DNA of 59,910 nucleotides, counting the filler. It is 6 parts of 6 records of this genome, joined end to end, with 100 filler letters (N's around TTAATTAATTAA, not from the genome) between each part and the next. Parts side by side here need not be neighbours in the genome. Positions count along the whole stretch, not along the records: positions 1 to 6,248 come from SRR31147125_8553; positions 6,349 to 17,251 come from SRR31147125_8559; 4 more parts are not named here. One strand, given 5' to 3'. Positions 1-10,565 of the stretch are shown here, piece by piece. The first letter of the stretch is position 1; each line of letters starts with the position of its first letter. The position numbers and the translations under genes were made by a program. The notes under the pieces are model-generated. The model saw only the letters and a list, made by a program, of their open reading frames with translations. It searched no databases and was not told the DNA's origin.

Positions 1-17
1 AAAAATCCAAAGAAAGA

Positions 18-1379
18 ATGAATGATATCGAGGACATGGATCTCGATGGCTTCGGCATTGAAATAGATGAAATGGAAATTGCCGAAGATAAATCACTCAA
101 AAAAGATGAAGACGAAGTACAAAAAGTTGATGAAGATGAGGACCATGATTCTTTTGAAGAAATTTTGGAAGAACATTCCGATGGTTCAGATGAAGATGAT
201 GAAGGTGATGCAGAAGAAGTCGAAGAGAGTTCTGATATCGAAGACGATTTTGCAATAGAGCCGGATGACACAACCAGTTTTGGCATAGAATATCCATCCT
301 CCCCCGTATTCAAGACTTTGTTATTACTCGGTATTTTGCTTGTTGCAATTGCAGCGGGTGGCTGGTATGCACTCGACCACATTCATGCAAATGTAATAAA
401 TGTCGGAAATGATGATGGTAAAGGCTGCGTAACTTTTACTGCCAATTGGCCGAAAACGATAGTCAGTTTAAACGGGCAGGAAATTTGTCGCACTCCTTGC
501 AGAGTCGATGATTTCTGGGCTGGCGATCACTCCGTTATTTTTGAAAGACCAGGTTTTTTGCCGGAAAAAACCTCGTTTTCTTTAAAGCCGAAACAAGTAA
601 AAACAATTAACGCGTCAGTTTTTAGAAAGGGTGAACTTCCAGCCGTTTTGATGGTGAAAAGCTATCCACTTGATGCAGAAGTTTATGTTGATGGCAAAAA
701 GCACGACTCTTTGACTCCGGCGGTAATAAAAGGACTTTTCGCAGGCAAGGAATACACAGTCAAGGTTCTTGCAGCGAATTTTAAGCCTGTAGAAAAGAAA
801 ATCACATTAAAGCATGATGAAACCGAAGTACATAGTTTCGATCTAATTCCGCTGACGCCTTCGGTGATGATTTTAAGTGAACCTGCCGGTGCAAGAATTA
901 TTCTCGATGGCAGAGACACAAAGGAAATTACGCCCAAGAGAATCAGCAACCTTAAAGATGGAAAAACATATCGTCTGAAATTGATGCTTGCAGGATATCG
1001 TTCATTAAAGGCCACTTTTACAGCTAGTCAAAAGCGTGAAGAAAGTCTTGAACTGGAGCTTGAATCAAGAAAAACTGCCGAACCAACCAAGGCGGCAATC
1101 AAGAATAAATCCAGTAAATTCGGTTGGTTAAATGTCTTTAGCGATCCGCAGGCGAAAATTTACATCGATGGAAGATCGACAGACAAGCATTCACCGGCAA
1201 TGTATATCAGATTGCCGATAGGATCACATGAACTTAAGCTGATAAATCCCGAATATAATATCCATGATATCAGCAAAGTAAGTATAAAAGCCGGACAAAC
1301 AACAAAGAATAAACAAACGATTTACAGTCGAATAAACACCCTTCCCTTCCATAAACAACTGAAATCACTGCAATTTTAA
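18..1379 (+). CDS. PEGA domain-containing membrane protein with very acidic N-terminus (may extend 5' of the window)
   Basis: D/E-rich N-terminal ~90 aa, one TM segment (LLLLGILLVAIAAGGWYAL), then four PEGA-like repeats (e.g. VKSYPLDAEVYVDGK, ILSEPAGARIILDG, VFSDPQAKIYIDG). The frame is open back to the window start. Confidence 0.8.
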   Translation: MNDIEDMDLDGFGIEIDEMEIAEDKSLKKDEDEVQKVDEDEDHDSFEEILEEHSDGSDEDDEGDAEEVEESSDIEDDFAIEPDDTTSFGIEYPSSPVFKTLLLLGILLVAIAAGGWYALDHIHANVINVGNDDGKGCVTFTANWPKTIVSLNGQEICRTPCRVDDFWAGDHSVIFERPGFLPEKTSFSLKPKQVKTINASVFRKGELPAVLMVKSYPLDAEVYVDGKKHDSLTPAVIKGLFAGKEYTVKVLAANFKPVEKKITLKHDETEVHSFDLIPLTPSVMILSEPAGARIILDGRDTKEITPKRISNLKDGKTYRLKLMLAGYRSLKATFTASQKREESLELELESRKTAEPTKAAIKNKSSKFGWLNVFSDPQAKIYIDGRSTDKHSPAMYIRLPIGSHELKLINPEYNIHDISKVSIKAGQTTKNKQTIYSRINTLPFHKQLKSLQF

Positions 1380-1553
1380 AAAAAACATTGAATTGCGTGA
1401 TAGATTGAAAAACCAAAAAACAAGATAAAATCAACACAATTAGCGATATCCTGAGAGATAGGTGATATAATATAAGGTTAAGCATTCATGTTTTGTTGAT
1501 GCTTAAGTTGGTTTGAATTACCGCAATTTTAGATAATTGCATATAAATAGAGG

Positions 1554-4500
1554 ATGATTATGTCACTGGGCTTGCCCAAAATGCTGACTCCGAAGAAAGC
1601 GGAAGAAAAGCGGCAAAGATCGCTAAGGAGACGAATGTTCTCTTTTGTGAGTTTGCTTCTGATCGGCATTATCGTCCTTATTACGATTCTTGCTTTTCAA
1701 TACGGTTCGGCAGTCGCAATCGGCTTTGCGAATATGATGCTTGCAGAAGAAGATGGCAGTCCGGTAATTTTCGCAGACGTAAAAATTGATTTCTGGAACA
1801 CAACTATCAATATCGATAATCCAAGCTTCCAAAAACCGGGTTTGGGAAAAGTTTCGGCCAAATCAATCCGGTTGAAGATGCAGCCTTTCCAGATGCTCTT
1901 TAATCGTATTATTATCGATGATGTGAAAATAGTCTCGCCGCTTGTGTCTCTGGATCTTACAAACGCAGAAAAAATGGTCGAGCAAGACCAGAAAAAAGAT
2001 TTTGATCTGCCATTCGATCTTGTTGTCAAATCACTAGTTATAAACAAAGGTCGAGTCTCGATCAAATATGGCAAAGACAAACATACGGAAATTGAAGAAA
2101 TTCTGATAAGTAGCAGCTATGTAAAAAAAGAACACAAAATCAAACTGGAAACAGGAAAAGCGAAAATCGAGCTTCCCAAAATAAGCTTCCCGATAAACCT
2201 GCTTGTCGCGACTGCAACTTATAAAAACGGCAGTTTCAACCTCGAAAAAGCCAAAGTGTTTCTGCCTGATTCGGAACTAGCATTTTCCGGTAAAATGAGC
2301 GAAGGTAAAAAATCGAATGCTATCATGCGTTTAGGTTTCGATCTGCCTTTAAAAAGCCTGTCAAAAGCCATTGAAGAATTACCGGAACTTGATGGACAAG
2401 CCACATTGTCCGCCGATATTTCGTACAAAGATGGTAAATGGTCATCAAAAGGTAATCTCTATATTCGCGACGGGATGATCGAGGATGTTAAAACCGAAGA
2501 TGCTGATTTCAAATTCAATATTACCAAAGATGGAGTGTGGCTCGACAACAGCAAACTAAATTTTGCCGATGGAGAAATAAGTCTCAAAAAAACACAAATT
2601 CTTTTTACAGAAGGTTATCCGGTAAAAGGCAATATAGAACTAAAAGGAGTTGAACTATCGAAAATTCTCGACAACGTGACACCTCTTCACTCCAAAACGA
2701 AACAACTCCAGACCGGTAAAGCGGAATTTGAAGGAACAATAATCCCGCTTAATATCAAAGGAAAAGCCGACATCGAAGTTACCAATCATTCCACTCATTC
2801 TGTTGGTCACAGAATTCGGACAGATTCGACAGAGATTGTCACTCTCGACAAGGGAAAGGTTGATCTTGTTTTCTATGCCGATGAAAACGCATTTGTTCTC
2901 GATAAAGGTTCCAATGCATATATAGGTCAATCGGTAATTGATGCTTATGTCTATTTCGGTTACGACGAACACTTTATTATGAAATTTACATCGGATGATT
3001 TCCCATTAACTAAAATTGCTTCCGTTGTCGGTTTGTCAATGTCAGGTCATGGTCCTGTAGAATGCAATATCGATAAACCTACAGATAGCAATCCTTATAT
3101 TCATGGCACTATAGACTTGAATGATTTCGTCATTGAAGGCTACAGGCTTGGGAACTTCGAAACCAAAGTGCAATTCAAAGGTGACGATTTAGCCTTTCTC
3201 GATGGGGAAGGCAGGAAAAACAAATCGAAATACCATACGAATCTAAACATCAACTTTACCAACGAGCCAATATATTTGACTGTTGATGTCTCAATGGACG
3301 AAATGAAGTTAAAGGACTTTTTCGATGTCATAGACATGAATGATCTCGATAAACAGTTTAAAGGTCGGCTGGTTGGTAACGGATCTTTATATGGGCCACT
3401 AGGGAATTACGATGGCGAGTTCAGGATGGTATTGCCTGAATTTACTTCAACGAACCAAAAATTCGACAGTGCGATTGTGGAAGCGAAAATAGACGACAAT
3501 GACATAACCATAAAAAGGCTGAGTGCGAAACAGGCTGACAAATCGATAAAAGTTTCCGGAAAAATCGATGATTTCAAACATTTGAATCTGCGAGTTGTAT
3601 CAAGTGGCTATAAAACAAGCGACATAGATTTCATGGATTTCCTTCTAAAAGACACTGACGGAAAGTTTGATGTAAACGGAAAAGTTCTCGGTACAATCAA
3701 CGATCCGGTTTTGACGGCGCAAGCACTCATCGGTGAAATGACAATTGACAATCAAAAATATCCAGCGGGAGAATTGCATCTTGAAACTACTCAAAGATAT
3801 CTGCGACTAAGATCGCATCTGTTTGATAAAAAACTGAACTTCTCCTCGGTTTTTGAATTCGGCAGAGCCAACAGAGTTTCACTTGAAGCTGACTTCGATG
3901 ATTTTCGCTATTCCTTTTTGGCGAACAAATTGCTAGATTTGCCGGTCGAAAAAGGTAAGGTTTCGGGAACAATCAAAGGCAAGGCACCACTAAATAACAT
4001 TAAAAAAGGAAAGCTTGAAGCTAATGTCACAAAACTGACAGCCCTTCTCGAAGGCATTCCGATGAAAATGATTGAAGAATCGAAACTTAATTATAACAAA
4101 GGAATCTTCCGCATCGATTCCACAAAAGTCAAAGGTAAAAACGTCAATTTCAAAGCCAGAGGCGACATTGATCTTAATGGCGATATAAATCTTATCTTCG
4201 ATGGAAAAATGGACTGGAAGCTAATTTCCGGCTTTACGGATTCGATAGATTCCGCCGAAGGCATCGTTGATTTCGATGTTACCCTGAGTGGAAAATGGGG
4301 ACAGTATAATCTGCTTGGCAAGGTAGACACCAAAAAGTCTTTCTTGCGCCTTAATAACATAAAAAGCCCGATAGAGAATTTAAAAGGCAGCATTCTTTTA
4401 GATGGGCAAAACATCTCTATCGAAAACACCAGTTTCAAGTATTCGGGTGGAGACATAAAGCTTTCCGGAAATCTTGGCATGAAGCTTCATGAGGATGACT

Positions 4501-5519
4501 GGTGGATCAATGACCTGCGTCTTGATATCAAACAGATTACAACCGATTTGGGAAGCGGAATAGTGCCGACTCTTTCCGGGCAATTATCGGTTTCGGGCAA
4601 ACCCTGGCCGATTACTGTTCGCGGACTTCTCGACATCGAGGAATTGCAGCACACGAAAAACATCAACTGGCAAAAAGAGTTGTTTGTCGAAGAAGTCATA
4701 AACAGAGTCAAGCCCAAACGTTCACGAAAAAACATCAATAATATTCCTCATTTCCGTTTTGATATAGGTCTTCAATCCAAAGAAACAATCGAAATCAGAA
4801 ACAATATGGCCGACATGAAGATGTCCGCCGATTTAAAATTAACAGGAACAGACATAAAACCGGGCTTGATTGATACATTGTCTGCCAATCGGGGAATAAT
4901 CTTCTTTGAACGAAACGAGTTCGAGATTATCCATTTTATGGTGGAATTCAAAGATCCGGAAAGCATTGATCCTCATTTTGACATTCTGGCTCAGACTGAG
5001 GTAACATATATTGAAAACGAAAATGAAAAAGTCGTAACAATTACACTTGAATTAAAAGGAAATCTCGACGATCCGAAAATCACGCTTTCTTCAAATGCAG
5101 GCATGTCTCACTCGGACATAATGTCACTTTTGCTTGTCGGGCAACCGGCCAGCGAATTAAAAGCAGGAGAGGAAACCGTTGCAACCGGATTGAATGCATT
5201 GTCGAATATATACGGTGTAAACGATCAGATTATGGAACAGTTCAAGCTTGATGAATTCCGTCTTACTTCCGAGTACGTGGATTCACCATCGGGATCGGAC
5301 AGAACCATCGTTCCAAGGCTCGTTGTAGGAAAAGAAATAGCCGATAAAGTTTATCTGACATTTTCCACTTCAATTGGTCAACAGGAGGAGCAACAGGACC
5401 AGCAGTTTCAGTTAAAATACAGATTGAAGTTCTTTACGCTTTCAGCGGAATGGGACAATGATTCCGTTGGGCCTCAAGGAAATTTCGGAGCGGATCTGAA
5501 ATTCCATATAGATTTTTAA
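1554..5519 (+). CDS. tamB: Translocation and assembly module TamB / AsmA-like protein
   Basis: 1321 aa, N-terminal TM anchor, long beta-rich body, DUF490-like C-terminus (DPHFDILA, LKGNLDDPKITLSS, GKEIADKVYLTFS). Directly upstream of an Omp85/POTRA gene. Confidence 0.8.
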   Translation: MIMSLGLPKMLTPKKAEEKRQRSLRRRMFSFVSLLLIGIIVLITILAFQYGSAVAIGFANMMLAEEDGSPVIFADVKIDFWNTTINIDNPSFQKPGLGKVSAKSIRLKMQPFQMLFNRIIIDDVKIVSPLVSLDLTNAEKMVEQDQKKDFDLPFDLVVKSLVINKGRVSIKYGKDKHTEIEEILISSSYVKKEHKIKLETGKAKIELPKISFPINLLVATATYKNGSFNLEKAKVFLPDSELAFSGKMSEGKKSNAIMRLGFDLPLKSLSKAIEELPELDGQATLSADISYKDGKWSSKGNLYIRDGMIEDVKTEDADFKFNITKDGVWLDNSKLNFADGEISLKKTQILFTEGYPVKGNIELKGVELSKILDNVTPLHSKTKQLQTGKAEFEGTIIPLNIKGKADIEVTNHSTHSVGHRIRTDSTEIVTLDKGKVDLVFYADENAFVLDKGSNAYIGQSVIDAYVYFGYDEHFIMKFTSDDFPLTKIASVVGLSMSGHGPVECNIDKPTDSNPYIHGTIDLNDFVIEGYRLGNFETKVQFKGDDLAFLDGEGRKNKSKYHTNLNINFTNEPIYLTVDVSMDEMKLKDFFDVIDMNDLDKQFKGRLVGNGSLYGPLGNYDGEFRMVLPEFTSTNQKFDSAIVEAKIDDNDITIKRLSAKQADKSIKVSGKIDDFKHLNLRVVSSGYKTSDIDFMDFLLKDTDGKFDVNGKVLGTINDPVLTAQALIGEMTIDNQKYPAGELHLETTQRYLRLRSHLFDKKLNFSSVFEFGRANRVSLEADFDDFRYSFLANKLLDLPVEKGKVSGTIKGKAPLNNIKKGKLEANVTKLTALLEGIPMKMIEESKLNYNKGIFRIDSTKVKGKNVNFKARGDIDLNGDINLIFDGKMDWKLISGFTDSIDSAEGIVDFDVTLSGKWGQYNLLGKVDTKKSFLRLNNIKSPIENLKGSILLDGQNISIENTSFKYSGGDIKLSGNLGMKLHEDDWWINDLRLDIKQITTDLGSGIVPTLSGQLSVSGKPWPITVRGLLDIEELQHTKNINWQKELFVEEVINRVKPKRSRKNINNIPHFRFDIGLQSKETIEIRNNMADMKMSADLKLTGTDIKPGLIDTLSANRGIIFFERNEFEIIHFMVEFKDPESIDPHFDILAQTEVTYIENENEKVVTITLELKGNLDDPKITLSSNAGMSHSDIMSLLLVGQPASELKAGEETVATGLNALSNIYGVNDQIMEQFKLDEFRLTSEYVDSPSGSDRTIVPRLVVGKEIADKVYLTFSTSIGQQEEQQDQQFQLKYRLKFFTLSAEWDNDSVGPQGNFGADLKFHIDF

Positions 5520-5549
5520 ATCAGCAATAAATTCCGGAAATATTAAGAA

Positions 5550-6248
5550 TTGATTAAAAGCAAAAAACAAAAACATGGAGCTTTATCCTTGAAAAACCTT
5601 ATTAGGTTTTTCGCTCTATTGCTTTGTTTTTTCTATAGTTTTTTAAGCTTTGCCCAAACCTCTGAAGCGGAAATAAAAATAGGCACAGTTTCTTTTGAAG
5701 TTCCCGAAAGCGGATACGATGAAGCTTTTTTGGAAAACATCGATGAAATCCGTAACAGGCTGGAAATAAAAACGGGAGATGAATTTTCGCCGGAAGTTAT
5801 TCAGGATCTCATAAAGTTTTTGTATAAATGGGGGCTTTTTTCTCAAATAAAGGTTTACGGCAAACAAGACGACAAGCGAATGAACCTTCGAGTTCTTGTC
5901 GAACCGAAAACAAAGCTTGAGACTATTCGTTTCATCGGCAATTCACATCTCAGTGATTTTGATCTCAAATATGTAATTGAGCTTAGAGAAGGCGATAACG
6001 TAATTGATGACGATCTGATAAACGAAATGCGCAGCATACAAAATGCGTATAGAAGAAAAGGTTATGTCAATTCGACAATAGGTGGTCGTCTGATTCAGGA
6101 TTATTCACCCTATTTGGCAATAGCCGAATTTCGTATCAATGAAGGAGAACCGATAGATATTCAAAGCATTGATTTTATCGGACACACTCATTTTAAAAAG
6201 AGTTTTTTGCTAGGAAAACTGGGAGTGGATATTGGTGACAGGCTTGAC
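5550..6248 (+). CDS. Omp85-family (BamA/TamA-like) outer membrane protein, POTRA region, truncated at contig end
   Basis: Signal peptide then POTRA-type repeats (LYKWGLFSQIKV, IRFIGNSHLSD, YRRKGY, INEGEP..IDFIG). Runs into the spacer. Confidence 0.75.
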
Positions 6249-6348
6249 NNNNNNNNNNNNNNNNNNNNNNNNNNNNNNNNNNNNNNNNNNNNTTAATTAA
6301 TTAANNNNNNNNNNNNNNNNNNNNNNNNNNNNNNNNNNNNNNNNNNNN
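6249..6348. other. Artificial contig-joining spacer (N44-TTAATTAATTAA-N44)
   Basis: N run with a central six-frame stop linker, identical at five positions. Confidence 0.97.
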
Positions 6349-7194
6349 AAAAACATTGCAGCCTCTGCTATCTGCATCGGCTGGTATTGGAATTTTTACT
6401 TTAATACCTTTTGAGTATCCATAAGAGAGAACCTCCTCAAGAGCGTTAGTAATAACTAAATCTTTACTTGTATAAACACAACCAGTACTGGTGTATTTAT
6501 TAAAATCATAAGAATATAGATTATGAATATTTAAAAAAACGTTTTTAATTTTTCGCTCGACTATATCATCTATTAAACTCTTCATATATCTATAATTGAA
6601 CTTACTAACAACATAACTAATATTTATATTAATATTACTTTTTTCTGATAAAATCTTAAGGGAATCCAGAATATCTTCATATGATGACCCTTTTTTCATT
6701 TCATTATGGATATCTGGATTTCCAGACAAAACATCTGTTGTAATATACGATATTTTGTTACTTCTTTTTATTATTTCCTCAATATAATTATTTTTTAAAA
6801 ATAGAGGTTTATAAAAATTAGTTTGCAAAGAGGCTTTACCATAAATTTTAATAGTGTAATCTATCATTTTGAGAATATCTTTATTCATAAAGGGTTCGCC
6901 TGTACCACAAATATGAACATGCGAAACCTTTCCCACATAAGCCATATCAACAATTCTCTTAAAATCGATAAATGACATATTAAAAGGGATATCATAAACA
7001 TTGCTATTGCCTTTGGCTTCATCGCAATGATAGGAACAAAAAACGCATCGATTATTACAGATATTTGTTATGCCTATTGTAATCCACTTCGGTGGGTAAT
7101 TAAGAACACTCTTTTTTTCAACAATCCCTAAAGCTGTTTTCTTTTTTGAGATGTTGAAAATCTCTTTTATACTTTTAATTAAAATTTTGCTCAT
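6349..7194 (-). CDS. Radical SAM protein (probable C-terminal SPASM/twitch), truncated at contig end
   Basis: CNNRCVFC (CxxxCxxC) and GTGEPF motifs. A further Cys (GCNVF) begins at the truncation. Confidence 0.85.
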
Positions 7195-7207
7195 AATTGT
7201 TTAATCC

Positions 7208-8426
7208 TTAATTTACCACTTGCCACTCTGCTCTAACTTTTATAAGCCCGGAATCATAAAAATCCTCGGAATTCATTGTCACAGTAAATTGTGGTGCAAT
7301 GCCAGAAACTAATCTGTTGTTCATCTTTTCTCGAAAATTGAAATTAATTAAATATCCTCCTTTAAGAAGGGGAATGTCTTTTATGCGACAAAAAATCTCA
7401 TTTTTTCCAGGTCTAATATTTACTTTGCCAAATTTCATTCCAGTTTTTTGAGAAATCAAATTAACCCCTTCTATTGAAATAATGCTGAAGTGTATATCCA
7501 CATCGTTAATCTCAATTTTTGAAAAAATTTCAAAATTTATAACTAAATCTTCTCCTGTTTCAAATTCCTCTCTAACTTTATTTTGGCTATCCAGGTAACT
7601 GACATTTACACTTTGTATAGCGTCAACAATTTCAACAACAATTGTTTCAGTCCATTTTTCACTGTTTCTTTTTGTATTTAAAGCATAATAATCCCTAACT
7701 ACTTTATGTGTGTCACCCTCAGATAATATTTTCCCTTTATCTAATAAAAAACAATCTTCACATAAACTATCAATTTGAAACATATTATGAGATATTAATA
7801 TAATTGATGCACGTTTTCGCATCTCTTCCATTTTTCTAATACACTTTGATCTAAAATTAACATCCCCAACGGCTAAAACTTCATCCACCAATAGAATATC
7901 CGGCTCCATGTTTGCTGCTACGGCAAAACCTAGGCGAACGAACATACCGCTGGAATAAAATTTAACCGGAGAATCCAGAAAATCCCCGATATCGGCAAAA
8001 TCGACAATTTCATCAAATTTTTTGTCGATGTACCCCTTGTCCATACCAAGGATCTGGCCGTTGACATAGATGTTTTCCCTACCGGTAAGATTAGGGTGAA
8101 ATCCGCTCCAACCTGAATCAACGCACCAACACGGCCACGGGTCTTAATGCAGCCCTTGTCGGGGAAAATGATCCCGTTCAACATTTTAAGCAGTGTACTT
8201 TTTCCAGCCCCGTTAGGGCCAATGACACCCAGGCACTCACCCCGTTTCAACTCGAAGGAGATATTATCAAGCGCCCAAAATTCATTTTTTCGAAGCTTGT
8301 CTGTACTAACGCCCATACCAAAAATACGGCGGGCAGCGTCTTTGGCCCCATAAAACATTGACCGTTTCAAATCCCGGCAAAATTTTTGGAGACCTTCTCG
8401 CAGCGCATCAAAACATCATCAGACAC
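7208..8426 (-). CDS. wzt: Polysaccharide ABC transporter ATP-binding protein Wzt with C-terminal Wzt_C domain (two apparent 1-nt frameshifts)
   Basis: Walker [10 protein letters not shown], signature [12 protein letters not shown], Walker [13 protein letters not shown]. Restoring one A at ~8385 and one G at ~8104 gives [12 protein letters not shown] and [18 protein letters not shown] and joins ORFs 7930-8370 and 7208-8044. Confidence 0.88.
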
Positions 8427-8430
8427 AGCT

Positions 8431-9291
8431 CTAACCCAGCCTTTCCGTGGCAATGGTCATGCACAACCTAAAGATTCTCCAACCAGCACAAAAAACGACC
8501 AGGCTAAGAAGACACATTAGAATAGTACTCAAAGGGCTGGATAACCCTCCGCCAGTCGTCAAATCACGAGCGGCGATAATAAAAATACTTAAAGGGTTAA
8601 ATTCGTTTACGAGGGTATAAGGCCAACTCGTTGGCACCGGATAAACCACTGGAGCGGTCAGCATCAGGAGACCCATCACCATCCCCAGAAAGTTTCCAAC
8701 ATCATGGAACACGGCCTGGAGGAGAGAAAGCACAAAACCAATCCCGATTACAAATAGAACATAGAAAAAAAGCAAAAACGGCAGGAAAACAATAGTCCAG
8801 GAGACCCCTATCCCAAACCAGATAAATACAGGCACCACCAGTATAGTCTGAATCAACAATGTGAACAGAACGTTACCAAAAGCAGACAGGATCAACGTCT
8901 CACGGGGGAAATTAATTTTCGCTATCAGCGATCCTGACTGCATCAGAGAATTAGCTGAAGCTGTGATGCCGCCGCGGAAAATACCCCAAAGCAACATCCC
9001 ATACAGTACATAAGCCGCATAAGGCATTCCGGTATCACCAATGTTGACCGCGCCGGTCTTTTTCAACAGCAAAAACAATAAAACAGTAAATATTGGCGGC
9101 AAAATAGCCCAGACATAACCTAAGGCCGACTGACGATACTTTGCAGAAAAATCACGTACAAATAACCTCCACGTCGGGAGCGGCTTTTGATCAGATCCTG
9201 AAACATTTCCGACCAGATGACAAAAAAACTGTTGCCCGCTCCCCCGGTTGATAAACCCTGACGCGTAATTCCTCTCCCGGGGAGAAATCAT
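8431..9291 (-). CDS. wzm: Polysaccharide ABC transporter permease Wzm (5' end apparently frameshifted, start uncertain)
   Basis: RDFSAKYRQSALGYVWAILPP, KINFPRE and NPLS motifs, multiple TM segments, adjacent to wzt. Confidence 0.88.
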   Translation of the reverse strand: MISPRERNYASGFINRGSGQQFFCHLVGNVSGSDQKPLPTWRLFVRDFSAKYRQSALGYVWAILPPIFTVLLFLLLKKTGAVNIGDTGMPYAAYVLYGMLLWGIFRGGITASANSLMQSGSLIAKINFPRETLILSAFGNVLFTLLIQTILVVPVFIWFGIGVSWTIVFLPFLLFFYVLFVIGIGFVLSLLQAVFHDVGNFLGMVMGLLMLTAPVVYPVPTSWPYTLVNEFNPLSIFIIAARDLTTGGGLSSPLSTILMCLLSLVVFCAGWRIFRLCMTIATERLG

Positions 9292-9414
9292 CCAACGAAG
9301 CTACAGCCTTTTTCCCCTCCAGAGAGGTCTTAGAAAGAAATTTTCTCTCAAATTTGACATATTTGAACTTTTTCCTAACTAAATTCAACGATTCAAGGAC
9401 AATCCATTTAAAAC

Positions 9415-10260
9415 TTACCCTCTCAGATTGCACCTTTCTTTGATTTTCACTTTAACCTTTGACAAAGTGTTTTTAATCTTTGACAAAGTGTAATTTGATC
9501 TAGAACTCATCGCGCCGAGATGATCGCTACTGTAGAGACATATCAAGTCACCAACTCTCTCCTCCATGCTCTCCAAAAGTGAATTGATTTTCAAGTAAGC
9601 AACAGCAACAACTTCCTTGAAAACCGGAACAGCGAAATTAATTGCCTTAGGCTTAAAGCCATGCTTGGCAACCTCGTAATGATGCTGGTCTATCGGAGCA
9701 CCCAAAGGGATGATGCACGGGTCCTCCGTAGACTTAATTGGCATACGACCATATAAGCGGAACCCTTGGATCTGACCGGATTGCACTGCCACAGAAAAAA
9801 TCCTGTAAAAATCCAGCACGCTCATTCGATTTCTGTGGCCGTGCCAGTGAGACCAATAAAATTTCAAACCATGGCTCATTAATAATCCATCCGCATCAAA
9901 ATAAGGCTGACGAATGAATATGAACTCTTCAGCAATATCAATTGCCTTCTGGATCATTTTCTCTGCTTCGGTCATGCTGGTTAAATGTTCAAGAAAGTGG
10001 CACATTGTAACAAAACGAGTCATTTTATTCGGGGGCAAGTCTAAAATATTAAATACCAGCGCCTCATGACCGTTATCCCTTGCCTTCTCGATCTTTTTTG
10101 GAGCAATGTCAATCCCAATCCCCCTAAGCTCAGGCCAGTAGCGCTTACAAAACTTAAGGTTAGCACCATCACTACAGCCAAAATCATAGAAGTCGTAATT
10201 GGTTGAATCCCAAGGATATGAAACGCCCCTATCTGAAGGAAAGTGCGGGTTAAAACTCAT
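9415..10260 (-). CDS. Class I SAM-dependent methyltransferase (polysaccharide cluster)
   Basis: Motif I-like YDFGCSDG, GIDI, and FVTMCHFLEHL. Confidence 0.75.
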   Translation of the reverse strand: MSFNPHFPSDRGVSYPWDSTNYDFYDFGCSDGANLKFCKRYWPELRGIGIDIAPKKIEKARDNGHEALVFNILDLPPNKMTRFVTMCHFLEHLTSMTEAEKMIQKAIDIAEEFIFIRQPYFDADGLLMSHGLKFYWSHWHGHRNRMSVLDFYRIFSVAVQSGQIQGFRLYGRMPIKSTEDPCIIPLGAPIDQHHYEVAKHGFKPKAINFAVPVFKEVVAVAYLKINSLLESMEERVGDLICLYSSDHLGAMSSRSNYTLSKIKNTLSKVKVKIKERCNLRG

Positions 10261-10261
10261 T

Positions 10262-10565
10262 TTATTTTGTCCTTAACTTGCACCTATCACTAAATGTTAA
10301 AAAACTAGAAAAACTCTCTTGGGGCATCGCGTCCAAGTCGGGAAGGTTCTCTAAAACACGGCTCATGGTCACGAAGCCCACTTAGTTCTCAAGGAACAGC
10401 GTTTTTGTGACGCCTCCCTGTACACAGTCAAAGTCAAGGGTCTTTATGTGTGCGACTTTCTCTTCAGAGAAGGCTATGCCAAGGTCTTTGCCTGTGGCGC
10501 GTCCGATCTCTCCCCTTGGTGGGACCAAAATCAAGGCAGTCGATGTCCGTGAGATCAATCATCAT
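10262..10565 (-). pseudogene. Degenerate remnant of a methyltransferase related to 9415-10260
   Basis: Manual translation across one frameshift and one in-frame TAA (10382-10384): MIDLTDIDCLDFGPTKG/GEIGRATGKDLGIAFSEEKV...FLEN*VGFVTMSRVLENLPDL. This parallels DFYDFGCSDG..GIDIAPKKI..FVTMCHFLEHL of the next gene. Confidence 0.55.
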
